This document shows, piece after piece, positions 1-11,631 of a stretch of DNA of 41,664 nt; position 1 is the first letter of the stretch, and every line of letters starts with the position of its first letter. A program made the translations under genes and the position numbers. Origin of the DNA: Octopus sinensis. Its lineage: Eukaryota. Location: NCBI RefSeq assembly GCF_006345805.1, contig NW_021835276.1, positions 1 to 41,664 of the forward strand. The letters are read 5' to 3'. The notes under the pieces are model-generated. The model was not told the origin of the DNA and searched no databases. It worked only from the letters and a program-made list of their open reading frames with translations.

Positions 1-84
1 TACAAAAGAAAAAAAAAATTAGTTTTAGTATGAGGAAAGGAAAGAATAAAAAACAAACAAAATGGTTTAATGATGCGTTTCTGA

Positions 85-345
85 TCTAGGCACAAGGCCC
101 GAAATTTTGGGTGGCCAATCGATTAGATCGAAATCCAGTACGCAACTGGTACTTAATTTATGGACAACGAAAGGATGAAAGGCAAAGTCGACCCCAGTGC
201 GTAACTGGTACTTATGTAATCGACCCCGAAAGGATGAAAAGCAAAGTCGACCTCGGCGGAATTTGAACTCAGAACGTAACGTCAGACGAAATACCGCTAA
301 GAATTTCGTCCGGCGTGCTAACGTTTCTGCCAGTACGCCGCCTTA
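85..345 (-). mobile_element. tRNA-derived SINE family A (GGCGGCGAGCTGGCAGAA head), chimeric copy with duplicated central core
   Basis: Minus strand reads an A-box-like head, B-box GTTCAAATTCC, then core GGTCGACTTTGCCTTTCATCCTTTCGGGGTCGAT twice, then tail 2 (GGGCCTTGTGCCTAGA). Same family as about 10 other copies in the window. Confidence 0.9.
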
Positions 346-619
346 AATGGTTTAAGCGATGGAGAAAAAATGAAAACAAATACAAACTCAGCATATACAC
401 GAGTACATACAACGCTCACAACATGCACATAAGCACACACATACACTCGCGCATATACACACGTATATTTTATGCTAAGCAAAGGACCCCTAACTCATTG
501 ATTGAGAACACACTCGGTCCGCTGAAACATAAGAATATAGGGACATTCAGAGCCGGTCGGAGCCCATCCTTCTCCGGTCTGCGTGCAGCCGGTTTCTGAT
601 AAATAAATATAATTGTTAT

Positions 620-810
620 TATATAGGCAGCAGAAAAAGACAGGGGCAATAAAAGGGTGGGGAATCGATCTCAGTTCAGGCTTGCTACGCAATTTATCGA
701 AACCTAGAGGGAAGAATGATAAAGTTGACCTCGGTGTCATTTGAACCCAGAGCGGAAAGTCCCCAAACGATTATCGTAAAACAGTCTAATCCAACGGCCT
801 AACGTCTTTG
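620..810 (-). mobile_element. Degenerate SINE family A copy
   Basis: Residual motifs AATTTATCGA, AAAGTTGACCTCGG and ATTTGAACCCAGA are colinear with family A. Confidence 0.6.
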
Positions 811-1237
811 CCAATACACATACGCTCTCATATACGCATACACTCATACGTGCGTGCACTGAAGCACACATATGCATAGACAGACACAGACATGCGCCCG
901 CACACACACACACACGCACACATACATAAATATACCTATCTACATGCATATTTATATATGCAAATTTGTGTAAGTTTTTATGTACGTATATAATTTTGTT
1001 TGTGCCGGATCACCTTCAGTGCTACAAGTAATATTCAAGTCATTAGAACTTCCCGTGTGAGTGATCCATTGCTGCCCCTTCGAGTAATCCTACCAAGCCT
1101 CTTGGTATGGACGAGGTTTTCCGTTGGTCACCTTATAGGACGAAAAGCAAACCTGGAAAATCACTGCGCCATATGCCCGTGGTTAAGAGCTAAGATTTCG
1201 AGTTCGATTCTAGGCAGTGACCTGAATAATAATAATG

Positions 1238-1305
<68 letters not shown>

Positions 1306-1311
1306 CAAATG

Positions 1312-1866
1312 TAAATGCCCTGATGCAGTACCCGACAGTGGTTCTCATGGCTTCTAATCTTAACTGATTGGAAGTGTTATCATGTACATTGCTTTGTCTT
1401 GGTATAAAAGATGGGCTACAGCAAATATTCTGCTCAATACCACATATTTGCTTGTCAGTTGTTTGACCTTAATCAGTTGAGCATGTCCCTTAGTGGCTAA
1501 CGATATGTGCATCTCTGATCATGAACAGAAGTAGTGGGGGAGCATCATAGTAATGTGTTCAAAGGAATTCTTAGAGCTTTGGATAATTCACCTTTGGAAA
1601 CATGGGTGTTTCGTTCAACATCCTTAATCTTTATTCAGGGACCCTTTGAGCGGAATGGGCTACTCGACCTGAAGAAAATTCTAACAGGGATCCACCTGCA
1701 AGGTCATGCGCTGTTTATCTTGATATGAGATCACCATGTCACGCACACATGGTTGTGATGCATGTGCCAAGTGTACCCTTATCAGACGGGTAGTCATGGT
1801 GGGTATACTGGGCTTCGTATATTTTACCCCAGTGTCACTTTGATGGCATGCACTGCTCTCTCATTC
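1312..1866 (+). mobile_element. ~555-bp non-coding interspersed element inserted in (AAT)n, copy 1
   Basis: Colinear over its full length with 36422-36974. Flanked by (AAT)n on both sides. 3' hairpin ACTGGG/CCCAGT (1807-1812/1828-1833). No ORF of note. Confidence 0.85.
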
Positions 1867-1879
1867 AATCATAATAATA

Positions 1880-1915
<36 letters not shown>

Positions 1916-1961
1916 TCGAAAAATACGTTAGGAATGAGAACCCAGGTTCGAAATTTCCCCA

Positions 1962-2045
1962 AGTCATCTGATGAAGGCTGGAGCGTATATCAGCCGAAAC
2001 GTTGTGTTAAAAACAACAAGATGTGGACATATATCAGTCAAATGT
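1962..2045 (+). ncRNA. Minimal type I hammerhead ribozyme-like motif
   Basis: CTGATGA 1968-1974, extra A, stem II GGCTG/CAGCC (1976-1980/1991-1995), GAAAC 1996-2000, candidate cleavage triplet GTC 2037-2039. Stems I and III are weak in this copy. Confidence 0.65.
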
Positions 2046-2120
2046 AAATAATGCATGGTCATTCTTGTCCATGAGTTGATGACCAGCACGTAAATATATG
2101 TGTATGAAAGGGAAATACTT

Positions 2121-2197
2121 AGCCCCGTCAGGGAATCGACCTCACTATCTCATGATTGTGAGTCCGACTATCTAACTACTGAGCCGTGAGCCTTCAC
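2121..2197 (-). mobile_element. Degenerate tRNA-like SINE head
   Basis: Minus strand GGCTCACGGCTCAGTAGTTAGA...GAGGTCGATTCCC has the A/B-box layout. Too diverged to be a functional tRNA. Confidence 0.55.
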
Positions 2198-2447
2198 ATG
2201 TATGTATACGAAGCCGCAAATTAAACAATCTTTCTCTGAGCCAAGAAATCCAGCTAACATATTTAGACTCCGTTAACCTTCAAGTGTACCCCAAGAAAAG
2301 TCTAAAGTGGAATGACTCTTTTACATCTAATGTACACAGTCATGTCCTTTCAGTTTAAAAATGTTTAAATTCAAGATGAACGAGTTGGAGATTCTTGATG
2401 CCGTCTTCTTCTTGAATACTCCTTTTGATTAGGGTAGAATTATACAT

Positions 2448-2658
2448 TTCTACTCTAGGCACAAGGTCTGAAAAATTACGGGAGGGGGCCAGTTAATTAG
2501 ACCGATCCCAGTACGCAACTGATACTTAATTTATCGACTCCGAAAGGATGAAAGGTAAAGTCAACCTCGGTGGAATTTGAACTTAGAATGTAAAGTCAGA
2601 CAAAGTAGCGCTAAAAATTTTGCCCGGCGTGCTAACACTTCTGCCATTTAGCCGCCTT
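2448..2658 (-). mobile_element. SINE family A (tail 2)
   Basis: Head, core and CCTTGTGCCTAGAGTAGAAA tail are colinear with other copies. Confidence 0.9.
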
Positions 2659-2904
2659 TTGACAGAATTTTAACTACCTTTGTTAGTGATTGTTTTTTTT
2701 TAGCTTCCTTCCTTCCTTCCTTTATTTATTTATTTATTATTTATTTATTTATTTATTTATATATATATATGTTTTAAGGTGACTATAAGTGTATCTTTTC
2801 ACAATATCTTAGGTATTTCGTTATCTGAGTTTTGTCATTTAATACTTTTGTTTTTAATATATTTTATGTAAGTCAAATCGTATACGGCAAGTTATGCATA
2901 CATG

Positions 2905-2933
2905 ATATATATATATATAATATATATATATAT

Positions 2934-3021
<88 letters not shown>

Positions 3022-3043
3022 ATATATATATATATATATATAT
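2905..3043. repeat. Imperfect (TA)n microsatellite
   Basis: Direct reading. One of many such tracts (e.g. 8530-8590, 19720-19825, 21030-21300, 33330-33715, 34320-34800). Confidence 0.95.
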
Positions 3044-3380
3044 TTTACTTGTTTCATCAGTTGACTGCGGCCATGCTGGAGCACCGCTTTAGTCTAGCAA
3101 CTCGACCCCGGACTTATTCTTTGTAAGCCCAGTACTTATTCTATCGGTCTCTTTTGCCGAACCGCTAAGTGACGGTTGTCAAGCAATGCTAGGGGGACAA
3201 ACACAGACACACATATATATATATACATATATACGACAGGCTTCTTTCAGTTTCCGTCTACCAAATCCACTCACAAGGTATTGGTCGGCCCGGGGCTATA
3301 GCAGAAGACACGCAGTGGGACTGAACCCGCAACCATGTGGTTGGTTAGCAAGCTACTTACCACACAGCCACCCCTGCACC
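3044..3380 (-). mobile_element. tRNA-derived SINE family B (CORE-like; probably an octopus OR-type SINE) with internal TA/TG microsatellite
   Basis: Head GGGGTGGCTGTGTGGTAAG...GGGTTCAGTCCC, body GGAAACTGAAAGAAGCC, tail GGTGCTCCAGCATGGCCGCAGTCAA. Small internal deletions. Inserted in (TA)n. Confidence 0.9.
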
Positions 3381-3697
3381 TATATATATATATATATATA
3401 TAAGTTGTCTCTTCGTATGTGTGTGCATACACACACACACACACGCGCACACACACACACACACATATATACATATGTATATAAATATACATATATAAGG
3501 CTTTCACTATTAGTCCGTCAATTTAACACCACGGGAAATCTCCTCAAAATAAGATATATCGTCAGTCATACACATAAAGACTTACACACATGTATAAATA
3601 CTCATGTGTCTATATGTATATATATATATATATATATAATATATGTATATGTATATGTATGTATATTCACATGCACACTCACACACAGGCACACACA

Positions 3698-3728
<31 letters not shown>

Positions 3729-3899
3729 CATGTATATATACATATAGGCCCGCTTCTTATATCGCAAGCGTGGTGGAGAAAGCTACGTTATTTATTACCA
3801 TTACATCCATCTGACACTGATATTCTTTCTATCCTTATTGAACAAACAATACATCTTTCGAAATGAACAAATCAAATACCTACTCTGCTACGTCAGTCA

Positions 3900-5030
3900 C
3901 CAGTAGGCTTTCGCCCTCAAGATACTTAGCGAACTTAAGAATAGTTTCCTTCTATCACGAGCAAAGCAATCGACCGTATCTGGCACGCAAACGCATTGGA
4001 AATACAGCCCACCTATGGGCTACTTTTGTTTCTTGTTTCTGAGATCGGTAGCTTCCTGTTAAGTTTCCCCATCGCTGCGGAGGTCCTTCTGACCTATATT
4101 CTCTCATATTCATGTGCCCCAGAATTCGGTTATGTCTCCCACACTCTTCCCTCAATGTATCAAGAACTACACACTCGGCAATTCCAACAATGACTATTAT
4201 AAAGAAGTTCGTGCTGCTCTTTATTTCATCGTAATATTTCCAACTCAGAAACCAACCACAAACTTCCTGGATACTTCAAGCAAAATCTGTACTGACTCTT
4301 ATGATTAGAAACCACGCAAACTTCATCTAACATGGCCATGGCACTGTTTTCTTCATGAACGACATGGAATCACAACGGATTCTCATATCAAGAAAATCGC
4401 ACTGCTTCCATCAACATAAATATCCCACAGCAACAACAGTCAAGATATCACCAAATTCTAGCTCTTGCCCTCCCCAAGGATCTATACTGTTACACACAAT
4501 TCATGAATTTTAGCACAAGCTGACTCATGAAATTTTTTTTTTCTTTTTTGAGGAAGCACTCCGTCGGTTACGACGATGAGGGTTCCGGTTGATCCGAATC
4601 AACGGAACAGCCTGCTCATGAAATTAACGTGTAAGTGGCTGAGCACTCCACAGACACGTGCACCCTTAACGTAGTTCTCGGGGATATTCAGCGTGACACA
4701 GAAAGTGACAAGGCCGGCCCTTTGAAATACAGGTACAACAGAAACAGGAAGTAAGAGTGAGAGAAAGTTGTGGTGAAAGAGTACAGCAGGGATCACCACC
4801 ATCCCCTGCCGGAGCCTCGTGGAGCTTTAGGTGTTTTCGCTCAATAAACACTCACAACGCCCGGTCTGGGAATCGAAACCGCGATCCTATGACCGCGAGT
4901 CCGCTGCCCTAACCACTGGGCCATTGCGCCTCCACGCCTCATGAAATACTGTCATCAGTCCTTGGTAACCCTACTCCTAATAATCTTGATCTTACAAATA
5001 CTAATATACAAATGTCAAGTGAGGTCGACG
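3900..5030 (+). pseudogene. Possible highly degenerate CR1/L2-like LINE RT remnant, split by the SINE at 4534-4937
   Basis: PQGSIL motif at ~4472-4490 and IYKCQVRST at ~5005-5030 resemble RT and C-terminal motifs of CR1-type ORF2. Many stops and frameshifts; weak evidence. Confidence 0.3.
4534..4937 (-). mobile_element. Full-length tRNA-derived SINE family C with A-rich tail and 10-bp TSD
   Basis: tRNA-like head GGAGGCGCAATGGCCCAGTGGTTAGGGCAGCGG...TTTCGATTCCC. A-rich tail at 4534-4549. TSD CTCATGAAAT at 4524-4533 and 4938-4947. Body matches 41135-41348. Confidence 0.92.
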
Positions 5031-6478
5031 ACGGAAGAAATTGCAGCTGATTTACGAACAGACAACTTAGTCTACTTGCAAAGAATGTTCACTCCAGTGA
5101 TTACCTTGAAATTTTACAATAAATATATTCCGACCGCTAAACCATAGAATTGTGGCCTCGCCTCAGCTTTTCTGATTTTTCTATCAGTTACCATAACTTT
5201 TGATTCTCTGATGCTATATTACCGTAGATGGCATAATTCGCAAACCTGTAATTACATAAATACTGGATTCTAATATGAATGATGTTTATATCCTGGTTAC
5301 TGAATTTTCAAATTATTGAAACGCATAAACACGATGCAAAACAGGAAATTATTTACGAGATCATATATAACCAGATGCACAAGAGCCAAAAACGTATTTA
5401 AGGTTTCTCGACCATATGAAGTAGCGATGCATTTAAAAACGAAATACATTGATAATTTTTTATATAATATTCTTTTGTTAGTTTAGCATTTTACTGGGTC
5501 ATGTCAGGAAAACGCAGCTACGTTATTGTTCAGAATATATATTTCAGTCCGGTAACTTACATTATCTTTATTACATTTTATATCATTGACCTGGTGCTTA
5601 AAGCGATGTCTCGGTTATGAATATTTTAGCATTTTCTCTGCTGTGCACAGTTTGCAATTTTTGCTTCCATTTTTAACACTAGAACACAGAAGAGAACAAA
5701 TAAGAAAAAAAAAACTGACTCACAGAAAGATACATATCTGAGCTGATTAACAAATAATATCGAACATATGAGAAAATATTGAAATTGACGCAAATATGTA
5801 GATTAATATGTTTATATTTATAAACATAAAAATAGCACATGTATAATGCTGCGAGCTACCAACACGTGTTCAAACATATATGAAAAGAAAACTTGGAAAG
5901 AAAACTTGGAAATTTTATGAGCAAACGTTGCTGCAACCATTCCATCTCATTCTAAAAGATGTGAATTATTCCCTCTTGATTTTTTCAGTTGTTCAATATA
6001 AAGATGCTTGTAAATGCAGAGATTCTGTTGTTTAACCGTTAGATACATCTTACTTTGTGTTAACAGATATTTGATACACCGATAGAGTGAAGAGTTGTAA
6101 TAGTTGATTCAGGAACGGGTTTTGACTATTTTTTATACATTTTCTAATTCAATCACTGGAGGGAGAGGTCATACTGGGACACTACCTTGAAGATGTTTGG
6201 TGGAACAGAGAGATTCCAGTGTTTATGTTTACGTTTGCCGAACCGCTAGATATGAGAATGAAAAGTAATCAGAAACGGTGCATGGGTGACAACGACTATT
6301 GAAGAGGTGGCAAGAGGCAACGGAAATTTCAGAAAAAATAAATAAGTAAATGAGTGGAACCGATGAGTGTGTTAAATAATAAGTCACCACAAGAGAATGA
6401 CTCTCCCCAGACACAATATAATGCATACATGTATGTATGTATGTATGTACGTATGTATGTATGTTTTATGTATGTATG

Positions 6479-6509
<31 letters not shown>

Positions 6510-6694
6510 TGTGTGTGTGTGTATACATAAATAGATAGAGAGAGAGAGAGATAGAAACAAGTATTAAGAATCTAACCAAAATCGAAATTCGATTCTGGCT
6601 CTATAAGCGCGAGCACGCGCATGAACACACAGGCACACACATTTACAAACATAAGTATGTATATGTATATATGTATATATATGTATATATATAT

Positions 6695-6731
<37 letters not shown>

Positions 6732-6732
<1 letters not shown>

Positions 6733-6923
6733 GGGAGAGTTTACGAAAAAAAACAAAAGACGAAGACAGGTGGTATACAAAACAAACAGATGTATTAGTG
6801 TAACGCTCAGGAATAGAAAAAGTATTTTACGCTTCGAGCCTACGCTCTTCTACAGAAAGGGACACAGAAAAAACAAGGAAAGAAACAAGGAGAGAAAAAA
6901 ATGTGTGTAGTGGCTAAAGATCT
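6732..6923 (-). mobile_element. Penelope-like terminal-repeat fragment with degenerate hammerhead (CTGTAGA core) abutting (TA)n
   Basis: Homologous to 11400-11600, 25205-25345 and 26032-26237. Minus strand CTGTAGAAGAGCGTAGGCTCGAAGCG. Confidence 0.7.
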
Positions 6924-7515
6924 ATAGAGAATGAAAGATAGATGATTCAGAGGCACAGATGCAGATTGGGGCTCTTAACATTGCCCTTCAAATTACTCTT
7001 CAAAAGTTCTGATCAATCGGGTGCTTCATTTCGCGATAGTCGCCCATAGTTCTGCGTCGTGAGATTGATCCCAAACACCGTTTAGAAGGCGAGTGCTTGA
7101 ATATTACCGCTAAATGTTCGGCTCCTTATGTATTTCTCCTATTTTCTTTTACACATCCATATAATTATCACATAAAACCATAGTTGCATATTGTAGGATT
7201 TAAACTGTGCAGAAAGCTAACACATTTTCGTTAGAAATCTATCACTTTCATAAATAATATTGTGTTGCCATTTTTTTTTCTACTTTCAACGCATGAGAGC
7301 TTATGAAAAATAAAGTACTAATTTGGTGGGAGTTAGAAGATAACTACACCGGAATCTATTTAAAATTGATTATACACAGAAAGAAGATAAAGTGTCCTAC
7401 CACATGTATTAGTTGTGAATCTCGAAATACCTACACGTACGTTTATACAAACGTATGCCAATATGCTGATAACGTAAGGATTATTCAACACACAACACAC
7501 ACACATATATATATA

Positions 7516-7562
<47 letters not shown>

Positions 7563-8520
7563 TATTCATATATATATATGAGCATATATATATATAATAT
7601 TCACATATTTATATATTATATATTATATATATATATATATTATGTATATATATATGTGTGTGTATGTTTGTGCGCGTGTGTGTTACCCCACCTGTCTTCG
7701 TCTTATTTTCTGTAAATTGGAATTACACACACATATATATACATACATACATACATACATACATAAATATGTGTGAATATATAATCACACACACAAACAC
7801 ATATGAATGACAGATATATGTTTGGGCGTTCATTTCAGTATTTATGGGCATCTATGTGTGCGTTTGCATGTATATGAATGTGTATGCATGAGTTTGTGTA
7901 TGAGAGATTATATACACTAAGTTATTTCGTATGATATAATCAATGAGCGATTTGAAAATCAGGATGGAATGATGAAAAGTAAATTAAAGCTTTGACAAAG
8001 AGGCAAATAATATAAGGTTGTAAAGACAAGGCAAATTATCAAGCTGTTAAGTCATACGGTTATTATGAAGGAACGAAATATATTCTAATATATCACAAGA
8101 GAAGCAGAAAAAATATATATATATGAGAAAAAAATGTGATCTTTTATCACAAAATAAGTGAACTTTTTCAATATATTTTTGAATTGAAGCCAACTGTAAA
8201 ATCATTAACAAAAAACAGCTTAAGATAGAGGCAAAAGAAAAAACAAAAGAAAAAGGACCGAAAAAACGTATGAGCACATATTGTTGATCACGTAGGAATT
8301 GGTGAGCTGTGATGAAATAATAAATAAAAAATTAAATGGATAAATAACTTAAGCTGCTACGCACCCTTAAATAATGCCAACATAAACATTATATATATAT
8401 ATGCCAATATATATATATATATATGTATGTATATGTATATATATCAGAAGAATATACAGGAGAGAGAATATAAGTAAATTACGAGTAAAAGTTCCAAATG
8501 TATGTGTGTGTCTTTGTGCG

Positions 8521-8593
<73 letters not shown>

Positions 8594-9875
8594 TGACAAT
8601 ATTAGTTAGATTATATATATATACATATATATATATACATATATATATGTAAATATATATATACATACAGACATATATATATATACATATATGTAAATAT
8701 ATATATATACATGTAAGTACACACATGAATTTACATTTATGCACATATATATATGCATATAAACAGACACACACACACTAATACACACACACACTAATAC
8801 ATATATATACACAACGACATTATATATATATATATATATAATATATATATATATATAGTGAGAGAGAGAGAGGGAGAGAGAGGACAGAGAGATACACATA
8901 TATAAATCTGTATATGTTTGTGCGTGCATAAGTAAGTATGTATGTATACATACAAAGAAAGAGTGAGTGAGATTGAGTAAGATGGAGAGAAAGAGAAATA
9001 GTCATAAATTCGTTTTTTCTTTCTTGTTTTTGCTTTCTACACTATTCTAATTTATATATAATTCTTCTGTACAGCCATATATTTATCTAGTGTAAATATG
9101 TGACTCAATTTCTCTCTGTCTTCCATTTTCTTCTTCTTGCACTTCGTTGCATTTATCTAACACCGTCTATCTAGAAATGTGAGTGCATATATGTGTGTGA
9201 ATTTGTTTTTGCAAACATTTTTTTTTTAATAAATTCTTCTATTATCTTACATGTTTCTATTGTGATTCTTCAAATCGTTTTGCTTCTTCTCTAATTCTCT
9301 TTAGAATCGGGAACAATACAGGTTTGCTCCCTCCAAGAATATATGAATAAAGGTAAAAGTGAAGCAAAAAAAAAAAAAAATGTGAAAAAAATAACCAAGC
9401 AAAAAATACAGTGATTAAAAAATGGTTAAATGTGTAATCATGACAATAACTTTTTGAAAGAAGTTCTTAAATACACCAGGACTTGTGTGTGTTTATATGC
9501 ATGCACATGTAGGTTTGTGTCTGACTGTATGCACATGTACTTTCGCACATGCACCGGTGCAGAATATATTATATATGTGTGTGTGCGTGTGGATGTATAT
9601 GTATATATACACACATATAAATATGTATATATATGTGTGTGTGCATGTGCATACATGTTGGTATGCTGTGTTTGTATGCGTATTTTTCTATATGTATGTG
9701 TGCATGTGTGTTTATATGTATGTGTGTATCTGTGTTTTATCTTCATTTATAAAAAAAGAAATTCAGTGTTTTTGCAGTGAACCAGTAAAATGTCTTTTTA
9801 TTCTTTATAGCAGTAAATCTATATTAACAGGCGAAGTGGCATTAACACGCTTGTATATATACATATACAAAAGCA

Positions 9876-9915
<40 letters not shown>

Positions 9916-10119
9916 ATTGATAGATAGATAGATAGATAGATCGATAGATAGATAAATAGATAGATGCATAGATTGATAAACGTACACACACATACATATA
10001 TATATATACAAATATTATGTATTATATATACATATATATATTATATATTATAATATATTATATGTATTATATAAACATATAATTCATGAATTATATATAT
10101 ACATATACATATAAGTGTT

Positions 10120-10170
<51 letters not shown>

Positions 10171-11399
10171 GTATGTATGTTATGCATTATGTATATATAG
10201 GTGTGTGTGTGTATGTTTGTGAATGTGTGTCTATGTATGAGGTGAAAGAAATGTGAAGTTAACAATTGTTAACTTGACAATGTTTCATTTATTTCATTTT
10301 ATTATGATCTCTATCTCTCTATCTCTCTATCTCTCTCTCGCTGACTCTTTCTCATTCACTCTCTGTCTTTTGGGTATACTTTCAACATGAGAAGGAAAAT
10401 AAACTTTTTTTTAAAAAACAGTAATCTAATGATGAGATGATAACAAATACATTGGCTTACACAAAGACCAAGGTACACAATCACAATCACAAACACTTAC
10501 ACACACACACATACACACACACACATACACACACACATATATATATATATATAGTCACGTACAGTTAAGTATAATCAAAGAAAACTGTTTTGTACATATT
10601 ACATACATTGATACACACCTTCCTTGTCTTGCATGGAAAGAAAACGGAAGGCAACGAAAAAAAAAATGATGTGAGAATTTATTTTTTATTTTTGCTGTAT
10701 CAACATCAACATCAGTCCCGACACCAACATAAGATGGTAAACCCCCCCCCCCCCCAAAAAAAAACCCAGAAGAACCGGGAACATAATTATAGAAAGAAGA
10801 AAATTCTGAGACAATTTTGAAGTAAATATTTCATGCATTCAGTGAATATATTTTTTGAAAATGATTTTATCCCATCATTGTTATTATTAATGGTATAAAA
10901 ACTCAGTACGACTTACTTTGTCATTAAATAATAAATATGTACATCTTAAGTTTAGTGTGGCAATTGTTTGATGGAATGTATTACGCTAAGCCGTGTAAAA
11001 ATGCATTGTGTAAAACGATTTCATGGCGCGATGTAATATTAAATAACTTAACAGTTGATTATTGAAAACCACAGCAACAATAAATATAAGTTACATACGG
11101 CTACATATGCACATGAATGCCTACATATAAATACTGGTTCATGTGCGCTTGAAGATCGCCTCCCTCACCTCCCAACAACATCACACCACACCACACTACA
11201 CCATACCACACTACACATCACATCACAACACATTAACCACACACCAGTACTGACCAATTCCCATCCCCACATTTTCACACATACACATACGCACATGTCA
11301 AGACCACCAGCCCTCTTTCACCCGCACATACATAATCTCATACACACACACACCTTCGTTTTGGGGGCCATCTTTACTTTGTTATCTCCCCTACTTCTT

Positions 11400-11598
11400 C
11401 GATCTCCTGTGTGACCCTTCTGTCCGGTAGTCGCCACGATAGATCGGTAGCCACTGCAAACATTTTATCTCTCCTTGTTTTTTTACTGTGTCCCTTTCTG
11501 TAGAAGAGCGTAGGCTCGAAACGTAAAAGACTTTTTCAATTCCTTAGCGTTATACTACATCTGTCTTCGTCTTTTGTTTTTTTCGTGAACTCACCCCC

Positions 11599-11600
<2 letters not shown>
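11400..11600 (+). mobile_element. Penelope-like terminal-repeat fragment with the best-preserved variant hammerhead, ending in (TA)n
   Basis: TTT-CTGTAGA-A-GAGC gtag GCTC-GAAACG...CGTT-ATA at 11495-11554. Homologous to three other copies. Confidence 0.72.

Positions 11601-11631
<31 letters not shown>

Larger units (their letters stand above)
1165..2055 (+). mobile_element. Short element with tRNA-like head, (AAT)n and hammerhead motif (Penelope-like terminal repeat derivative), interrupted by a ~555-bp insert
   Basis: A-box-like TGCCCGTGGTTAAG (1174-1187), B-box GAGTTCGATTCT (1200-1211), (AAT)n 1225-1305 resuming at 1867-1911, then a body containing CTGATGA...GAAAC (1968-2000). Confidence 0.6.

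Noticed and set aside
1312-1420. Possible HDV-like ribozyme at the 5' end of the 555-bp element
   Set aside because: I could not find the L3 (YCCNCG-like) and nested double-pseudoknot pattern by eye.
3186-3866. 226-aa ORF and the many other YIYI/HTHT/CVCV/LSIY ORFs (e.g. 8367-8929, 14157-15051, 21665-22374, 32413-33448)
   Set aside because: Translations of TA, CA, ATGT and ATCT microsatellites or SINE read-through; no protein-like composition.
4860-4937. tRNA-like sequence, also at 2121-2197, 17319-17390 and 20790-20890
   Set aside because: These are SINE heads continuing into SINE bodies, with imperfect acceptor and anticodon stems; not called as tRNA genes.
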